From NCBI GenBank assembly GCA_905178155.1, contig CAJINV010000008.1, forward strand, positions 2,919,303-2,983,302: DNA of 64,000 nucleotides. The letters are read 5' to 3'. Each line of letters starts with the position of its first letter. The stretch's first letter is position 1. The notes under the pieces are model-generated. The model worked only from the letters and a program-made list of their open reading frames with translations. It was not told the origin of the DNA and made no database searches. Below, in pieces: positions 1 through 12,890 of this stretch. The position numbers and the translations under genes are program-made. The stretch is from Amoebophrya sp. A120. Taxonomy: Eukaryota; Protista; Dinoflagellata.

Positions 1-2312
1 AAAACACCACCTTCCAAGGGAAGCTGCTCGAGCCCGTGCCGAAGCTCGGCAGCACCGAGGCGAAGAAGTTTACCACGCACGAAGAACTGATGCAGACCGT
101 GCAGAAACCCACGGACTTTCGTTACGGATTCAGCATCGGGTACGCGAACAGAAAGCGGGAAACGAAGGACTCAAGAAATATGGATGTGTCAGGTTTGAAA
201 TCGACAAAGTTGAAATAACTTGTAATGCATAAAATCGATACCAGTTGGAAGCCCAATTTCTAAGCGGTGCATGACAAATTTCGGCACCGTCTAAATCCAG
301 TTTGTCATGCTGTTTAGGGACAGAAGGCGTCTCTTGTCCTGCTGCTTTAGCATCTCTGTCGCAGACCCCAAACAGGCTGACAGTCGGCCTGACTTGCCAT
401 CCCTGCAAGAGAGGCACTCTTTGCCTTGCATTTTATGCATGAGAAATTATTTCAACTTTGACGATTTCAATCCTGACGCATCCATAAGAAACATCTCCAG
501 GGTCGGCCTGGACTGCCACACCGATGATTCAGAGGTACAATGTTGTGTTATGCTTACTTGTTTGATCAGCTCCTATGCTGTCAGAAAGCGGCGTTGTTTG
601 ATGTGTCATCACGGTTGCTCAACCATCGCCTATCTTGTTGTTGAATCGCGCTTCACCGTCATCGATACGTTGTGGTGTTTCCCAGCATGATGATGGTGCG
701 ATGCAGCTGTTGCAAGAAGAAGAAATCACAATGAAAAATCATGTAGTGGTCCAGCGGTCTGCCTTTGCGATCATGGACGTATGAATATCGTGATGTGACT
801 CATCTGCCCTTGCCTGTGCGCGCGCCTCGCCCTTTTTTCCATCACAGGAGGATTTCCGCTTGCCGAGGCTGCCCAGGCGTGCCCAGGCTGCCCAGCGTGC
901 TGTTGTACTACTAGAGCACACGCACGCCGTATTGTGATTCTAACGACAGGTAATGATGTGATATCGCAGCAGGGTCGTTGCGTTCAGATTATTTAGTCCC
1001 CCGGGCATGCGCCCTTTGTTTCCCTTCATCAACCATGATTTCGCGATGAAATACCAGAGAAATTTTCCGTTCCGTTCTTGTTGCGGCTTAGACCTCTTGA
1101 ATTTTTCGTCAACGCTGAAAGAATTAAAAACGATTGTGTGAGATACACAAGATGCATAGAGGGATCGATCATGCAGTAGAGCGATGAAGGGTGCTTACTA
1201 GAGATCATGACAAAAACAAGTACGAGAGCAATTTCTTTTAATTCCTGTCCCAGGTCTCCCTGACCATTCGACTGGGCAAAGAGTATTCCGTATCGCAAGG
1301 AAAAATCCCCCCTCCCCATATTGAAGAGGTAGGTTTTCGAAAATTTGTGTTGCTGATTTGAGGTCACAAATCACGTGTGTGTTGCAAGAAGACAAGGGCA
1401 GCAGCTTCCGTCCCATTATGGAGCCGGTTTGTCATGCTGTTGAGCCAACATCGCGGACGCTTTTCATGCTAAGCGCCTAAGTCAAAGCCTCTCCATTCAG
1501 GCTTGATATGGGTCTGCAGTCCTCTCCAGCAAGACAGATGCGATTCGTGTACTCAAATACTGCATCACAAATTTCGTTTTCGATATGGGGAGGGGGGATT
1601 TTTCTTTTTGATATTCCGGCGGCGCGGTCGGGCTCCGGTGGAAGGTGGGCGACGATATTGTGAGGAAAAATCCCCCCTCCCCATATTGAAAAGGTACACT
1701 TTTGGAAATTTGTGATGCTTATTTGTGGTCACAAATCGTCTCTGTCTTGCAAGGAGGCAAACCCAGAAGACTTCCCGCATTATGCCAGCGGTTTGTGATG
1801 CTGTTGGGACTACGGCATAGACTTTTGTCATGCTGACCGCCTAGGCTAAAACCTCTCCGCTCAGGCTTGCTATGGGCCTGCAGTCCTCTACTGCAAGACA
1901 AAGCTGATTCGTGTACGCAGATCCAGCATCAGAAATTTCGCTTTGATATGAGGAGGGGGGATTTTTCCTCGCAATAGACGAGAACGAGGGCCAGCTCCAA
2001 ACGAAAATTGTGCAGAAGAACGGCGAGGGAACCCTGTTCTACGGCCAGCAATTCCACGAGGTCGATCCGGTGGAGACCGGCGAGCGGCAGATGCTGGTGG
2101 TCTGGTTCCGCGGCGAGCACGGGTTTCGGACGAACACCTGCCCCTGCTGCCGCATGAACCGGCGGTTCGACCCCAATTGCATCCTCTGCTACGACAACTC
2201 CCTAAAAGACACGGGGTCGCCCCTGCGCCTCAGCCGCGCCGGCTCGCAGGAACTCACGGAGGCGGATCTACCGCCTGCCGGCATGTTCACGGCAGTACCC
2301 TACGCGCAGTGA
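1..2312 (+). CDS. 2OG-Fe(II) oxygenase (OGFOD2/PKHD-like), 5' truncated; exons ~1-178, 492-534, 1254-1290, 1619-1655, 1982-2312
   Basis: Manual splicing gives ...SRNISRVGLDCHTDDSE/VSLTIRLGKEYS/GGAVGLRWKVGD/ENE...FYGQQFHEVDPVETGERQMLVVWFR. This carries the HxD...H iron triad and the distal R of 2OG oxygenases. One GT-AG intron (535-1253) and three introners. Confidence 0.8.
179..486. mobile_element. Introner family A (TIR ~55 bp, DR AGAAA)
   Basis: TATGGATGTGTCAGG...AATGCATAAAAT is inverted at 430-486. AGAAA lies at 174-178 and 487-491. Removal restores the frame. Confidence 0.85.
1291..1613. mobile_element. Introner family B (DR TTCCG)
   Basis: TIR TATC..AAGGAAAAATCCCCCCTCCCCATAT. DR at 1286-1290 and 1614-1618. 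Confidence 0.9.
1656..1976. mobile_element. Introner family B (DR GACGA)
   Basis: Same TIR family as 1291. DR at 1651-1655 and 1977-1981. Confidence 0.9.
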
Positions 2313-3712
2313 TGAAAAGCGGAGCCGGTCGACTCGTTCATCTTGCGAGTCGTTCGATAGTACTGCTCATCTATCATGAGCGAATTTTTTCAACACACAA
2401 ATATTAATTGCACAGCAAAGGGTCGTGTTTGTGTTTTAGTTTTTGCATTTGTCGCAGCGAGCTAGTACTGAGCGCGGATTGAAAAGTTTGCAACTTCCGC
2501 AGCAAGTAAGTAGTTACTTTCAGGAGCTCGTCGTCGTCCCGTGGAAAGGAAAAATCATTATGGAATGTACTAGCGTAGTTCGACACGGCTCAGGTGCTTG
2601 CAACTCTCAGTGAGGCCGACAAAGGCACGGAAATAAAGTAGAACAAGCGACACAAAAGTATTGCTCAAGTCAGTTGGCTTTAAAGAACACCGATCAATAG
2701 TTACAGTAAAAGGCAATTTTTTTTGTTCCTCGGTGCCGATGGCGCTAGAAGTCGTGCCTGCTCCTTGTAAGATTGGGGCGCCGAGTCACGGCACAGCTTT
2801 GAGTACACGGCATGTCCACGACATCGGAGCGCGGAATGTCGCTGCGAGTCCTGATGTGCAGGATTTGTGTCTGTTGTTCTCCTCTTCACGAGAGTGGTTC
2901 AGTTTTTCGCGCCCTAGCTGTTGCTCTTCCTAGTGAGTGGTGATCAGATTGTCGTATGATACCTTTTTTTTGAACGTCGACGTCGTTCTCGTTTTTTCGT
3001 GTGCAGAGCGCACTGCAGATTTGATTTCTTCCTTGCACGGAGTGTCTTGGAGTGAATCGAGAGTTTTGTTTTTGCAAGCGGGGACTTTTTTATATTGCGT
3101 TTCTGCGAATCGGAATCGAGAGCAGGGTTCTCTGCGCAGCAGTCAGACAATTTTTCGCTGTGCGCGCGACCTGCATCTAGCCACAATATGTCAACTTTTC
3201 CATGGAAGATGACACCACGACAGGGCAGAGAGTTTCGACAGTAGAGGGAAATCGAACTCGTTTTGGTACAGTATCTTCCCGCATAAGCACTTAGACAAGT
3301 TTCTCAAGTATGAAATGAAAATACAAGGCAACTTCAGCCTTGCTGTGTGCAGGTAAGAATCGTAATCGGACAAACAGGTGCAGTGCAACTGTTACACTAT
3401 AACCCTCTACAGCTCGCGCTGTCGTGGATGGTAGCATTCATTGCTCCTCATTTTCGTGATCGCTATACATACGCGCTATTCCCGCGCATCGTTGATATTA
3501 CCCTATGGAGGCGCTAAAAGCGGGAGTAGCAGTACTAAACGAAGCAGCCAATAATTTTGGAAAGACGCACAACTTTCAACAAAAAAAACTGTGAAAAACA
3601 TCATTAGAAACTATTTACTCACTCACAACTCTCTCTCGTCGGCAGCGTCCGTCGTGATTTGAAACGAAAAACTTTTTTTTGTAAAAAAGTTTTTCCAAAA
3701 ACATCTGCAAAG

Positions 3713-6683
3713 ATGGCTCCGCGGGGTAAGCACAACCTGAAGCGTCAGGAACAAGACATCTTCCAAAACGCCCAGCAGGTCGAGGCGAAGCGACGGTACA
3801 TTTCGAGGTTTTTGTCGTACCGCAGAAATTCTCGGTAGTCCAGTTTTTTGTCAAAAAAATGCAAAAACGTAGACAACCACAGAGGCGAAGATCGTGCTGT
3901 TCTTCTTGGTTCTCGAATTCGTCAGAGACCACCTCCTTGTGGCGAGAACAAACAGAATGAAATCGATTTGTACTCCAAGTACTTAGATGTTAATTGCAAA
4001 TAATATACAACAGCTATGAAACCCTGGTGAAAGAAGAACGGGAGTCCCTGGACGCTCGTTTGGCGGATATCAAATGTAAAAGTGTCTGGGTCTGGAAGAA
4101 TGCAACATGTAATGCGTATTTCAGAACACAGAAAAGTCTCTCATGCATACGTAGCAAAAGCTCCCACTTTTTGTCAGCAAAATAGGGGACTTGTCATGAG
4201 GATTCGGCATTGCGGAAGGCTCTCGAAACCTGTGATGCTAGAGCTTCCATGCCAGACCTTCTGTGTCATGCAAAAACAGCATGACTCTTCCAGACCCAGA
4301 CATTTTTGCAATCCATAGCGGAGCGGGAGCGACAAATCACGCAAAGCATGGAGGAGTATCAACTGCAAAAATGTCTGGGTCTGGAAGAGTGCCAGACTTG
4401 TCATGCAGGTCTTCCATGATCGATGAGGTCTGGCATGTAGGACATAGCATGACAGATTCTACTGCGAGCGTTCTATCATGCCTATCCTGCGTGAGAAACT
4501 GCCTCTCGATTAGGTCAAAAGTGGGCAGCTTTTGGCAATCATGCAACACAGATTTTTACATTTACATGATTCAGATTTAGCACGAGAAGTTGCTTTGTTC
4601 CAGACCCAGACATTTTTACATTTGATAAGGAGGCGCTGGCACGGGAGAGAGTGGTGTTGGAGGAGGAGAAGCAAAAAGCGTTGCAGCAGCACGAAGAGGA
4701 CTGGAGGAGGAACTATCCAAGACAATAAAGACCGTCTTGGTCGTCGTGTATAGCTTGTATTGCATACTACTTTCTTCCCTTCGAAATATGCATGAAAGTA
4801 GGCAGGAGAGAGAGCAATTATCACGTGTCACGCTCAATGAGCTCCCCGCACATAGGGTACTATCCTCAGGCGTGTCGCATTTTTCACTGATACTAGCCGC
4901 ACATGGTGAGTTTTTCATTTCCGGCGCACTAATAGGGCCGCGAGAAGTTTCTTTTTCTAAGAATATGATAAGTCAAAAGATATGTATACATTTACATCAC
5001 GAGCACGGTCGTGTTTGTTTTCTTGGATAGCGGAGAGCAGGAGTTCATACAAAAAATGGAGAAGGAGAAACTCGAATTCTCGGAGAAACGCGAAAAACTC
5101 TGCCAGATAACGGAGAAGGAGAAGTCCGACATGGAGAAGCGGGTGCACATCTACAAAAAAGTCGAGCAGGGGAGACTCAAGCAGCACGAGAAGGTAGGAC
5201 AACTCTTCATCTGTTGATCATGATTCCGCGGACAATTTATTAGCTCCATTTTCATTTTTCAAGAGCTTGCTACTTTCTTTGTGATGCACAATCGAAGTAA
5301 AACTAGACCTTCTGAGAGAAAAGGCACAGTAGTGGCTACTGTGCCTTTTCTCACGGACTAAGTCCGCTGGTGCTTCAAACAAAATTTGAATCACATGTCA
5401 AACATTTAAACCGAAAAACAGGAACTCGCAGAAGTGCGGCGGCAAGAGGAGCAGAAGATAAAAGAAATGATGAAGGAGCAACGCGACCAGCTGAAAATAC
5501 GCCCGATGAATAAGTTTGTCGAGTCAACTGATTGAAAAAGTGATTTTGTACTTCAGTGTTGTGGACTTGATTTCGTCCCAAAGAAAGGAGCTGCGAATCG
5601 CATTTGTCTTTATTGGATTCTGATAAGTTGAGCAACGCTACTGCCATGCCTGCTGAGATGAAAGCGTTCTTCATCCCGCCTGGGTATCTAATCAGGAGCT
5701 TCTTCAAGTTTGTTTCTCTTTGATACCGCAAGGAAACCCACGTGAAGCTCGCACTGGAACGCAAGAAATTTGAGGACAAGCTCTCGCTCAAGGAGAAGCA
5801 ATTGCTGAAACGCAAGGTACTTGCACATTTAGAATCAGGTCGCGTTTGTGCGATACTCTGGTGGCACCATCGACAACGAAAATTCGTATTTTCGTCGACA
5901 TTTCAAACTTTTTATACGAAAAACTGATGAAAAAATAAAATACACGAGGGTATGCTAGTTGTGATATGTTGATGGAAATGGGAATCATGAGGCTATGATA
6001 CGCAAGATATTGCGACGAGGCGTGCAATTTTTGTAGCCCCCATGCACGATTGCATTTTTCACATGAATGTCCAGAATGACATGCAGTTTGCTACTGAAAG
6101 CTTTGCAATTGCTGAAATTCTAGCAAGTAGTTTTTTTTGATTCTCTTTGCACTTTACCTCTTCGCAAACTTCGCATTCAGGAACAAGAACTGGAGCAGCT
6201 GCGCAAGGAGCAGGAAGAGGAGGTGCAGTACATCAAAAAGAAAACGGAGCATATCACTTGGAAAATCCCGAATACTAGCGCAAGTGATATTTTGTATGTA
6301 ATAAAAGACAACAACCAAGAAGCGGAACGAAATCAAAAAGAGTTTGTTTTGCACGATAGGCCCCTTAGTGAAACATCAGCGCACATGATCCTATGCGCGA
6401 GCGGAAATCATTGCACGCGACGGACATTTTTCTCTTGCTATGTCTCTCTTCTTGCATGTCGAAATTTCCTACAAGAACTTCTACTATTGATTGTCCCATG
6501 CTAGTAAAAGGAGTTTTCTTCCCCCCGATAGAGGAGCGCAAATGCCAGATGAAACAGCAAATCCGCGACCAGTTGCAGGAAGAATTCGAATTCGAAAAGG
6601 AGCGCTTGGCCAAGCAGTACGAAGCGGAAATGTGCGATCCAAGGTACTTGCCGTATCCGATACTTGCTTCCGGACGAATGTGA
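3713..6683 (+). CDS. E/K/R/Q-rich coiled-coil protein, multi-exon; 3' end uncertain
   Basis: The first exons splice in frame: MAPRGKHNLKRQEQDIFQ...R/YETLVKEERESLDARLA/ERERQITQSMEE/ALARERVVLEEEKQK. Further charged exons lie at ~5031-5193, 5732-5817, 6181-6222 and 6531-6640. Confidence 0.65.
4068..4317. mobile_element. Introner family C (DR GCGGA)
   Basis: TIR TATCAAATGTAAAA.TGTCTGGGTCTGGAAG. DR at 4063-4067 and 4318-4322. Confidence 0.88.
4357..4627. mobile_element. Introner family C (DR AGGAG)
   Basis: Family C TIR. DR at 4352-4356 and 4628-4632. Confidence 0.88.
4714..5029. mobile_element. Degraded introner family G
   Basis: TATCCAAGA...TCTTGGATA ends, like those at 30282-30491. The flanking DR has decayed. 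Confidence 0.6.
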
Positions 6684-6999
6684 AGACATGAAAGTCATTT
6701 TTGCGAAGAATGTTTTTTGTGGGCATGATCTTCACTGGAGTTTTGAGAAGTTTTGACGCATGGTATGATAGATCAACATGCAGGACGCTTCTTTGTAGTT
6801 TGTCTTTGTACTAGTGACACCAAAAAATTATCATCAACAAAACAGCTGGGTGCTTGTGGACAGCGTGGCGGGTGTGCTGGTGGAGTAACAATCTCACCAC
6901 ACTGCGACATTTTTGTTTCTCTTCTCTTCAAGACGATGTATATAATGGTTTGTTGAGTTGGTTCCAATGTGTTTGAGTAAATAGTTTCGTCTCTTTTCC

Positions 7000-9900
7000 T
7001 ATAATGCTAGTACGAACATTTTTCCCGACCGAGTTGCGAGTTTTATCTGACCGAAACAAGGAAGGATGTTGTTTTGAGATTTTGACGTTGTTCCACCGAA
7101 AACTCGATAAATGCACAGACAAGATGAATTGTTTTTGCTCTACCCTCGATATCGCGCGTTTTCGATTGCTTAATTGTCCGATTATATATAGTGCTCTTTA
7201 CCACAGAGGATACATCAACAGCAGAATCAGTTTACCAGCAGGATCAGACACTTATTTGCAGAAAGTTTAGAGTTTACAGACGAATCAAGCGAAAATTGTT
7301 CAGACCATACGTGAGAATGGATTTACAGAATCAGACGCAGAATCAGATGACTTGAGAGCCGATTTATTTTATCAATCCCGCTTTGCCTCTTTCGTTACTT
7401 ACCACCTCCCTAAAAAAAGAGCCTTCTCTTACCGTTCTGTGTTAGACCCTTGTTTAGCGTTTTCTGTTCTCATTTCCCCGTTCTTTCTACCGCAGTGAAA
7501 ACGTACCTGATGATATTTGCAATTTTACGAAAATAGGAACAAAAAAATCAAAATCCTCGTAGTAACCGAACCTTTTATGTATCGAAATACAGCTTTGAAC
7601 TTTTCTTTTCCCCGACTCGCCAAGTCGGGACTCTGTGAAAGTTCGAGCTGAAAGCGAGTTATCCGGATTAAGAGTATGAGAATACTAGTCAAACTTTCGG
7701 CGAAAGTTTTGTCTTGAATAAACGGAGGCGGAGTCCCCTCTCCCTGTAGATCTGAGGTAAAGTGGAATTGCAGAGCAGAGTCGATGTTGTGTAAATAATT
7801 TTACTTTTCTTCAATTTCTATCTCATTAATGATTTTCCGGGTGCCCGTCACAAAAGTAAAAGACGAGACACAATGCAGAGTGCTGTGCTTTTCCACATGA
7901 GTACAGCATGCTGGCGTGGTGCCTCGTTGAATTTAGATTTTATTACAGAGCTTCAGCTGCTAAACACGTCCTCGCAATTCTGAATTTCTCAATTAATTGC
8001 TCGTTTTTAGTGGCGCCTTTTGATATCGGCACAACTATCGATAAACCGTGCGTCTCAGCCTGGGCACATAATCACACGGCAGGACCGGAATCTATTTTGA
8101 GTTGCGCGACTAGAGATGTATTGTGACTACGCTTCCTGTGCGACTGAACCAAAATCAACAACGGCATCGCGGCCGTTGGAGCAAAACAATAATAAATAAG
8201 ACGCTAAAATCATCATTGATCTTCGACCTCGTACTAGCGTAGTTTACAGCACTCGAGTCTTCGTGATTCTATGTATAGATCTGCGCTCTTACCTGTCGTG
8301 GCAGCGGAGTATGGCAGAGAATTACGCGGTTTCTTTGGTAGCCGCTGAATTGATGGAACAGATTTTCTTGATTGTTTATCAATGAATGTCGGATTTAAAT
8401 GCATGCGTAATCAAATTTGACGGAATCTGATAAGTCTCTCCGCTCTTGTTTCAGCAACAGCTTGATGTTTAGAGATACAAGTGTATAGAAAGATCAGCAG
8501 GCTGAAAACTATCGCGAGAGGACCCGTGGGTTTCCAAAAATTACAGAGCAGAGCCCGGTTGCATGAAAGCAAAAGTAGAGCCAACACAAGATGACCGCAG
8601 GGTCGGCGCTATAATCATCTAATCGCAAAGCTGCTTTTGCTGCTGGATTAGGATTAATTTTATAGTCGTAACGCCGTGCGTGTCAAGCTCAAGACAAGTG
8701 TTGGTGAAAAGTCGGAGAGCTACTGCTTCTGTGACTTTACCAGCAGAGATAGATTCCCGGTAAGATTTAGACAGGACGAAACGGAGCCTCCTCGAAAACG
8801 TAAGAACAAACTTGCTTTTTTCATAGAACTACCAGTCTTTCGCAAAAATTTGTCATAGCAGACCGCAGCAACAACTTGAACTTGATAATTCGAGCCTTCC
8901 ATATCGCGTTTGTGTTTTTGCCAATGCCGGTAGAATTTATTTGGAGCTTTTGTTTGCGAAAATTATTTGTAAACGAGATGGTTTCAGGCAAAGAAGCACA
9001 ACGAGGTGAGGAGGATCTGCTGTGATTACAGCTCGTTCATCACCATCGTAGTGCGTTACTTGCAACACGACAGACTGCACGATACGACCATGTCGAAAAA
9101 ACATGACGACCACTACAGATAATGACGAAAATCTAATGACAAAATCGAATGACAGACGACAATAGAAGAAGGAGCAAAGCAATTAGTCCGAAAATACCCG
9201 GGTCTCTGCTCTGCTTTTTTTTTTCGGAAAAAATAACTGCAATGTACCTAGCTTGATACAACCCTGTACTATACTTCCTTTTGTCCAAATCCAACAACAA
9301 AACCTATCAGCAATGGTGGCAATTGTGAGTAAAATTCAATTATGGGTCGAAAGTAAAAGATTTTTATACGTAGGTGTAGACGTCGTCGCCCGGACCACAG
9401 AGGATGCATCCAGTACCTTAGTTGCTACTAAGCGAAGGTGCTGGCCGCGTCGCAGGTCGGGTGAGCAGGCAGTAGAATCAGGCCACAGAGTGCAAATCAG
9501 GTTCGGACAGACAAACTTTTCCGATGGTGCTACTATCAGAGGATATCGTGATACGATACAGAAATATTGAAATTAATAGTGTGGCTTCGATAGTGGAAAT
9601 ACTTACCACACAGCAAGCTGTATGTGACGACAGGCTGCCGCGGCTCTTGATCATATCAGAAACGTCAAGAACGTTGCCAGTAAGTGCAGGAATCACATTT
9701 CTAGTAGAATCGGGTTCGTGCTCTTTATCGTGCGAGATGTTCCTTCAGGAACATCAGAGACAGGATGCGAGGTATTTTTCACGTGTAATTCTACAATATT
9801 GCTGCACGGTGATACATGATTGAGCTTCTGTTTGACAACTGCAGATCCTCTTTCCTGGCATTCTGAGAACAGTTGGAACGAGATTGCCGGGTAATTTGGA

Positions 9901-10580
9901 TTAGCATAGTTGTACCTTACTGTTACTCCACTGTGACTGATGACCTGTACACTAGAGTCGGTGGAGCCCGTCTTGCATTTTAGACTTCACGACCTAAGGG
10001 CTTTCATCAATTTCCCACTTGCATTCTCCCCCAATCAATAACCTACACTTCTTGCAGCGTACCATGGCATTTCTTGTCACCGAGCATGATGTGAAGCTAT
10101 GATAAATTTACCCTTGCGACAAGGCGCGTGGTTGCAGCTACTTACCTGTGAGGACATCTTCATAGAAGCGGTGGCAGGATATTGATCTAATACAGTACGA
10201 GCCTGCAGCCTGTCGTTCGATGTGAATCTGTCAAAGATATCGGACCCAGTGGATGAAGATAGGAGTCACTCTTCAGCACTTTAACCCGGCAAGGGCAGCA
10301 CATGCGTGCGCCCTTGTGAAAATATTTGAATTTTATGTTTTGTATGTAATACTATCGCCGGGGAAAGAACAGGACAAAAAGTAGACCCTCCGACGATAAT
10401 TACAACAAAAACATTTACTGCACGTTTTGCCACCATTGAAAAACCGTTTCTTTGCCAGAGCCATGTATCTTGGCATCGAAAAACTGCAACACTATTGCCG
10501 TTGTTGGTGATAGAACAAAAAACGAAAACGTATGGAAAGATATAACCTTGCAAAAGTACCAATCGTCGTTTCGGAGACCT
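7000..10580 (-). other. Possible divergent multi-exon gene on the minus strand (unresolved)
   Basis: Several minus-strand donor-like sites (CAG|GTAAG at ~8293 and ~10144, CAG|GTACG at ~7507) and short Ser-rich open frames. No recognisable protein. Confidence 0.25.
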
Positions 10581-11239
10581 GGAAGGTCGCGCTTTCTTCG
10601 GGCTGGAAAACAATCAGGTGTGTTCCCGTTTTTTTACAGGAGTACGCAGGCTTAGAAAAAAAAGAACACAAGCGAATTTTTATTCAAACGAATATTTTTC
10701 GAACCAAAAATATATTTTTGATAAAAAATATTCGTTTGGTAACGCATTGAGTGGTGTCGCGAACGACATTGGACGCCGTACAGTGTAGATACCACAGCGC
10801 TTGCGCCCTCCGGGCGATCTAGGACAGAGGAGTCGCGCTGCGAGCCCTACTTCTTCTATCTTGAACACATAGCTTGACTTCGCTTGCCGTTCCTTTCTGC
10901 AGTTGCGCTTGCGCACGTGTTTCTCTTTCTGCTGAGAAATTTGCATTCGTTTCCTGGCCCCTTCGGGCAGAATGCAGCGGTATTGTCGCAAGTGGGGCGG
11001 TTTACTTTTTGCTAGTTGCGCACGTTGGGAAGATGCGTAGTGCTATGCGAGCCGGGCGGTCGTTGGCCGGTCGCGAAAATGTATTGCGCATGCAGTAGCG
11101 GCCGCTTCGGCTTTCTGCCTTGTTCGGAAGAGCGCGAGCGCCTTTTCGTGTTATGCCAGCCTTCGCTCGGGGTCGGGGCCAGGAAAAAGCCTTTTGCTTA
11201 TTGTGCGCGCCTGTTTCGGCGCCATCATTGGTAGTGGTG

Positions 11240-12890
11240 ATTGTGTGCGAGTGGTGTTTTGTGCTCTGAAGGCGGGGAAAAAAAATTGGCGCGCTGCGCG
11301 CGCACAGGCGCCGCGGTTTTGGTAGTTGCTTGCGATGCCCCTATCACGTTCGGCAATCAGGGGCCGCGGCCGGCCGAGAAAAAAGATGCGGCGTGCTGCG
11401 CGCGCGCAGAAGCCCTGGCTTTCTTCGGGGATTGGGGGCTGGTCGAAAAATTTTCTTCGCGCGCTGCGCGCGCGCAGGCGCTCTGACCTGCTAGGGGCGC
11501 GACAAAAATTCTTTTTTCACGCTCAGCAGCCGGGGTCTGGCCGACGAAAAAGCTTGCGCGCGCTGAGTGTGCGCAGGCGCCTTGGCCTGGGAGCGCCGAA
11601 AATTTTTTATAGCGCGCCCGGCGATCATCGGGGGCTAGTAGGAAAAACAATTATCGCGCGCTGCGCGCGCAGACACCTAAGCACCGCACGCAGACATCTC
11701 CGTAGGCTCTTGCGTTGCCTGGGGGCGTGGACAGCTCTACTCGCGTCCGGTAGCCGGCGGCCTTCCGGGGAGTAAATGCCGCGTGCGCACAGACGCCTTG
11801 GACTGGGGGCACGGAAAGTTTTCGTTGTTTGTGAAAGCAGGGGGGTGCCGGAAAAAAAATTTTGCGCGCGCCGCGCGCCGGCGCCTTGCCTAGGGCGGGG
11901 CGTCAAGCTGCCCTCGAGGGCTGGCCGGATTGATTGGCCAGCGCGCGGGCGCGGTTGCAAATTTTTTTCGCCCCCGGAAGTCGCAGCTTTGCCAGAAGAC
12001 AACTTTGCGCGCGCGCCCCGGTCTGAGAACGCGGACAGCAAACTCTGCTCGCGTGCAACAGCCCGTCGGGGGATTCTCTGAAAAAAATTTCGCGCGCTGC
12101 GCGCGCGGATGTGTCGCGGCCACATAGGGCGGAGTTTTTTTTTGGGCCGGCGCGCGCGGGTCTGGCTGAAAAAGGTGGCCAGCCCGCGCGCCCGTTCGTT
12201 GTCGCCCTGGTCTGGGATCGCGGAAAATTTTTTCGCGCCCGGCAGTCGAAAGCTGGGGGGAAAAAACTTGCCGCGCGCGCGGGCGCGGGCTCTGTTGCCT
12301 GAAAGTGCGGCGAGCAGCTCTATGCCCATTCGGCAGCCGGAGCTTGGCCGGAAAAAAATTTCCAGCGCACGCTGCGAGCCCGCGCGCAGGCGCTTCGGTC
12401 TGGTAGCACGAAAAATTTTTTCGCGATCCACCGGCAAGCGAGGGCCTGCCTGAAAAAAATTGCCCTGCACCGCGCGCGCCCGCTGGCGGGCGCCTTGGCA
12501 TGAGAGCGCGCGCGGAAAAGTTTTTCGCGCCCGGTGATCTGTAATTGGGAGGAAGAAACATCTTCGCGCGCGAGTCGGTAATTGGGGGGGAGAAACGTCC
12601 TCGCGCGCGAAGCAGGCGCGCGGAGTTGTTATCTCGCGTTCGGCAGTATTGGGTTGCCTTGGAAGAAAATTGTTGCTGCGCTGCGCGCGCGGACCGGAGG
12701 CGCCTTAGCCTGGAAGCGCCCGCCGCGCGCCTTTTCCTCGCCCGGCAGTTCTTGGGGGCTGGTCGGATAAGAAAGATCTTCGCTCATTAGGCGCGCCCAG
12801 GTGCCTTGGCCTGAGAGTGTGCGTGGGGCGACGACTCCGGGCGCGGAGCGTTTTTCTCGTGTCCCCCGACCGGGTGCCGCCCGGATTTTT
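11240..12890. repeat. Degenerate ~95-bp tandem repeat of A/T tracts alternating with (GC)n runs
   Basis: Recurring unit approx. GGCTGGCCGAAAAAAATTT-GCGCGCTGCGCGCGC-AGGCGCCTTGGCCTGGG-GCGGAAAATTTTTTCGCGCCCGG. The CAGGCGCC-like anchor recurs near 11306, 11408, 11475, 11574, 11670, 11790, 11879, 12387, 12490, 12613, 12700 and 12798. Confidence 0.75.

Noticed and set aside
11241-12790. Overlapping Arg/Ala-rich ORFs of up to 281 aa
   Set aside because: By-product of a GC-rich, stop-poor repeat. Open in many frames with no domain.
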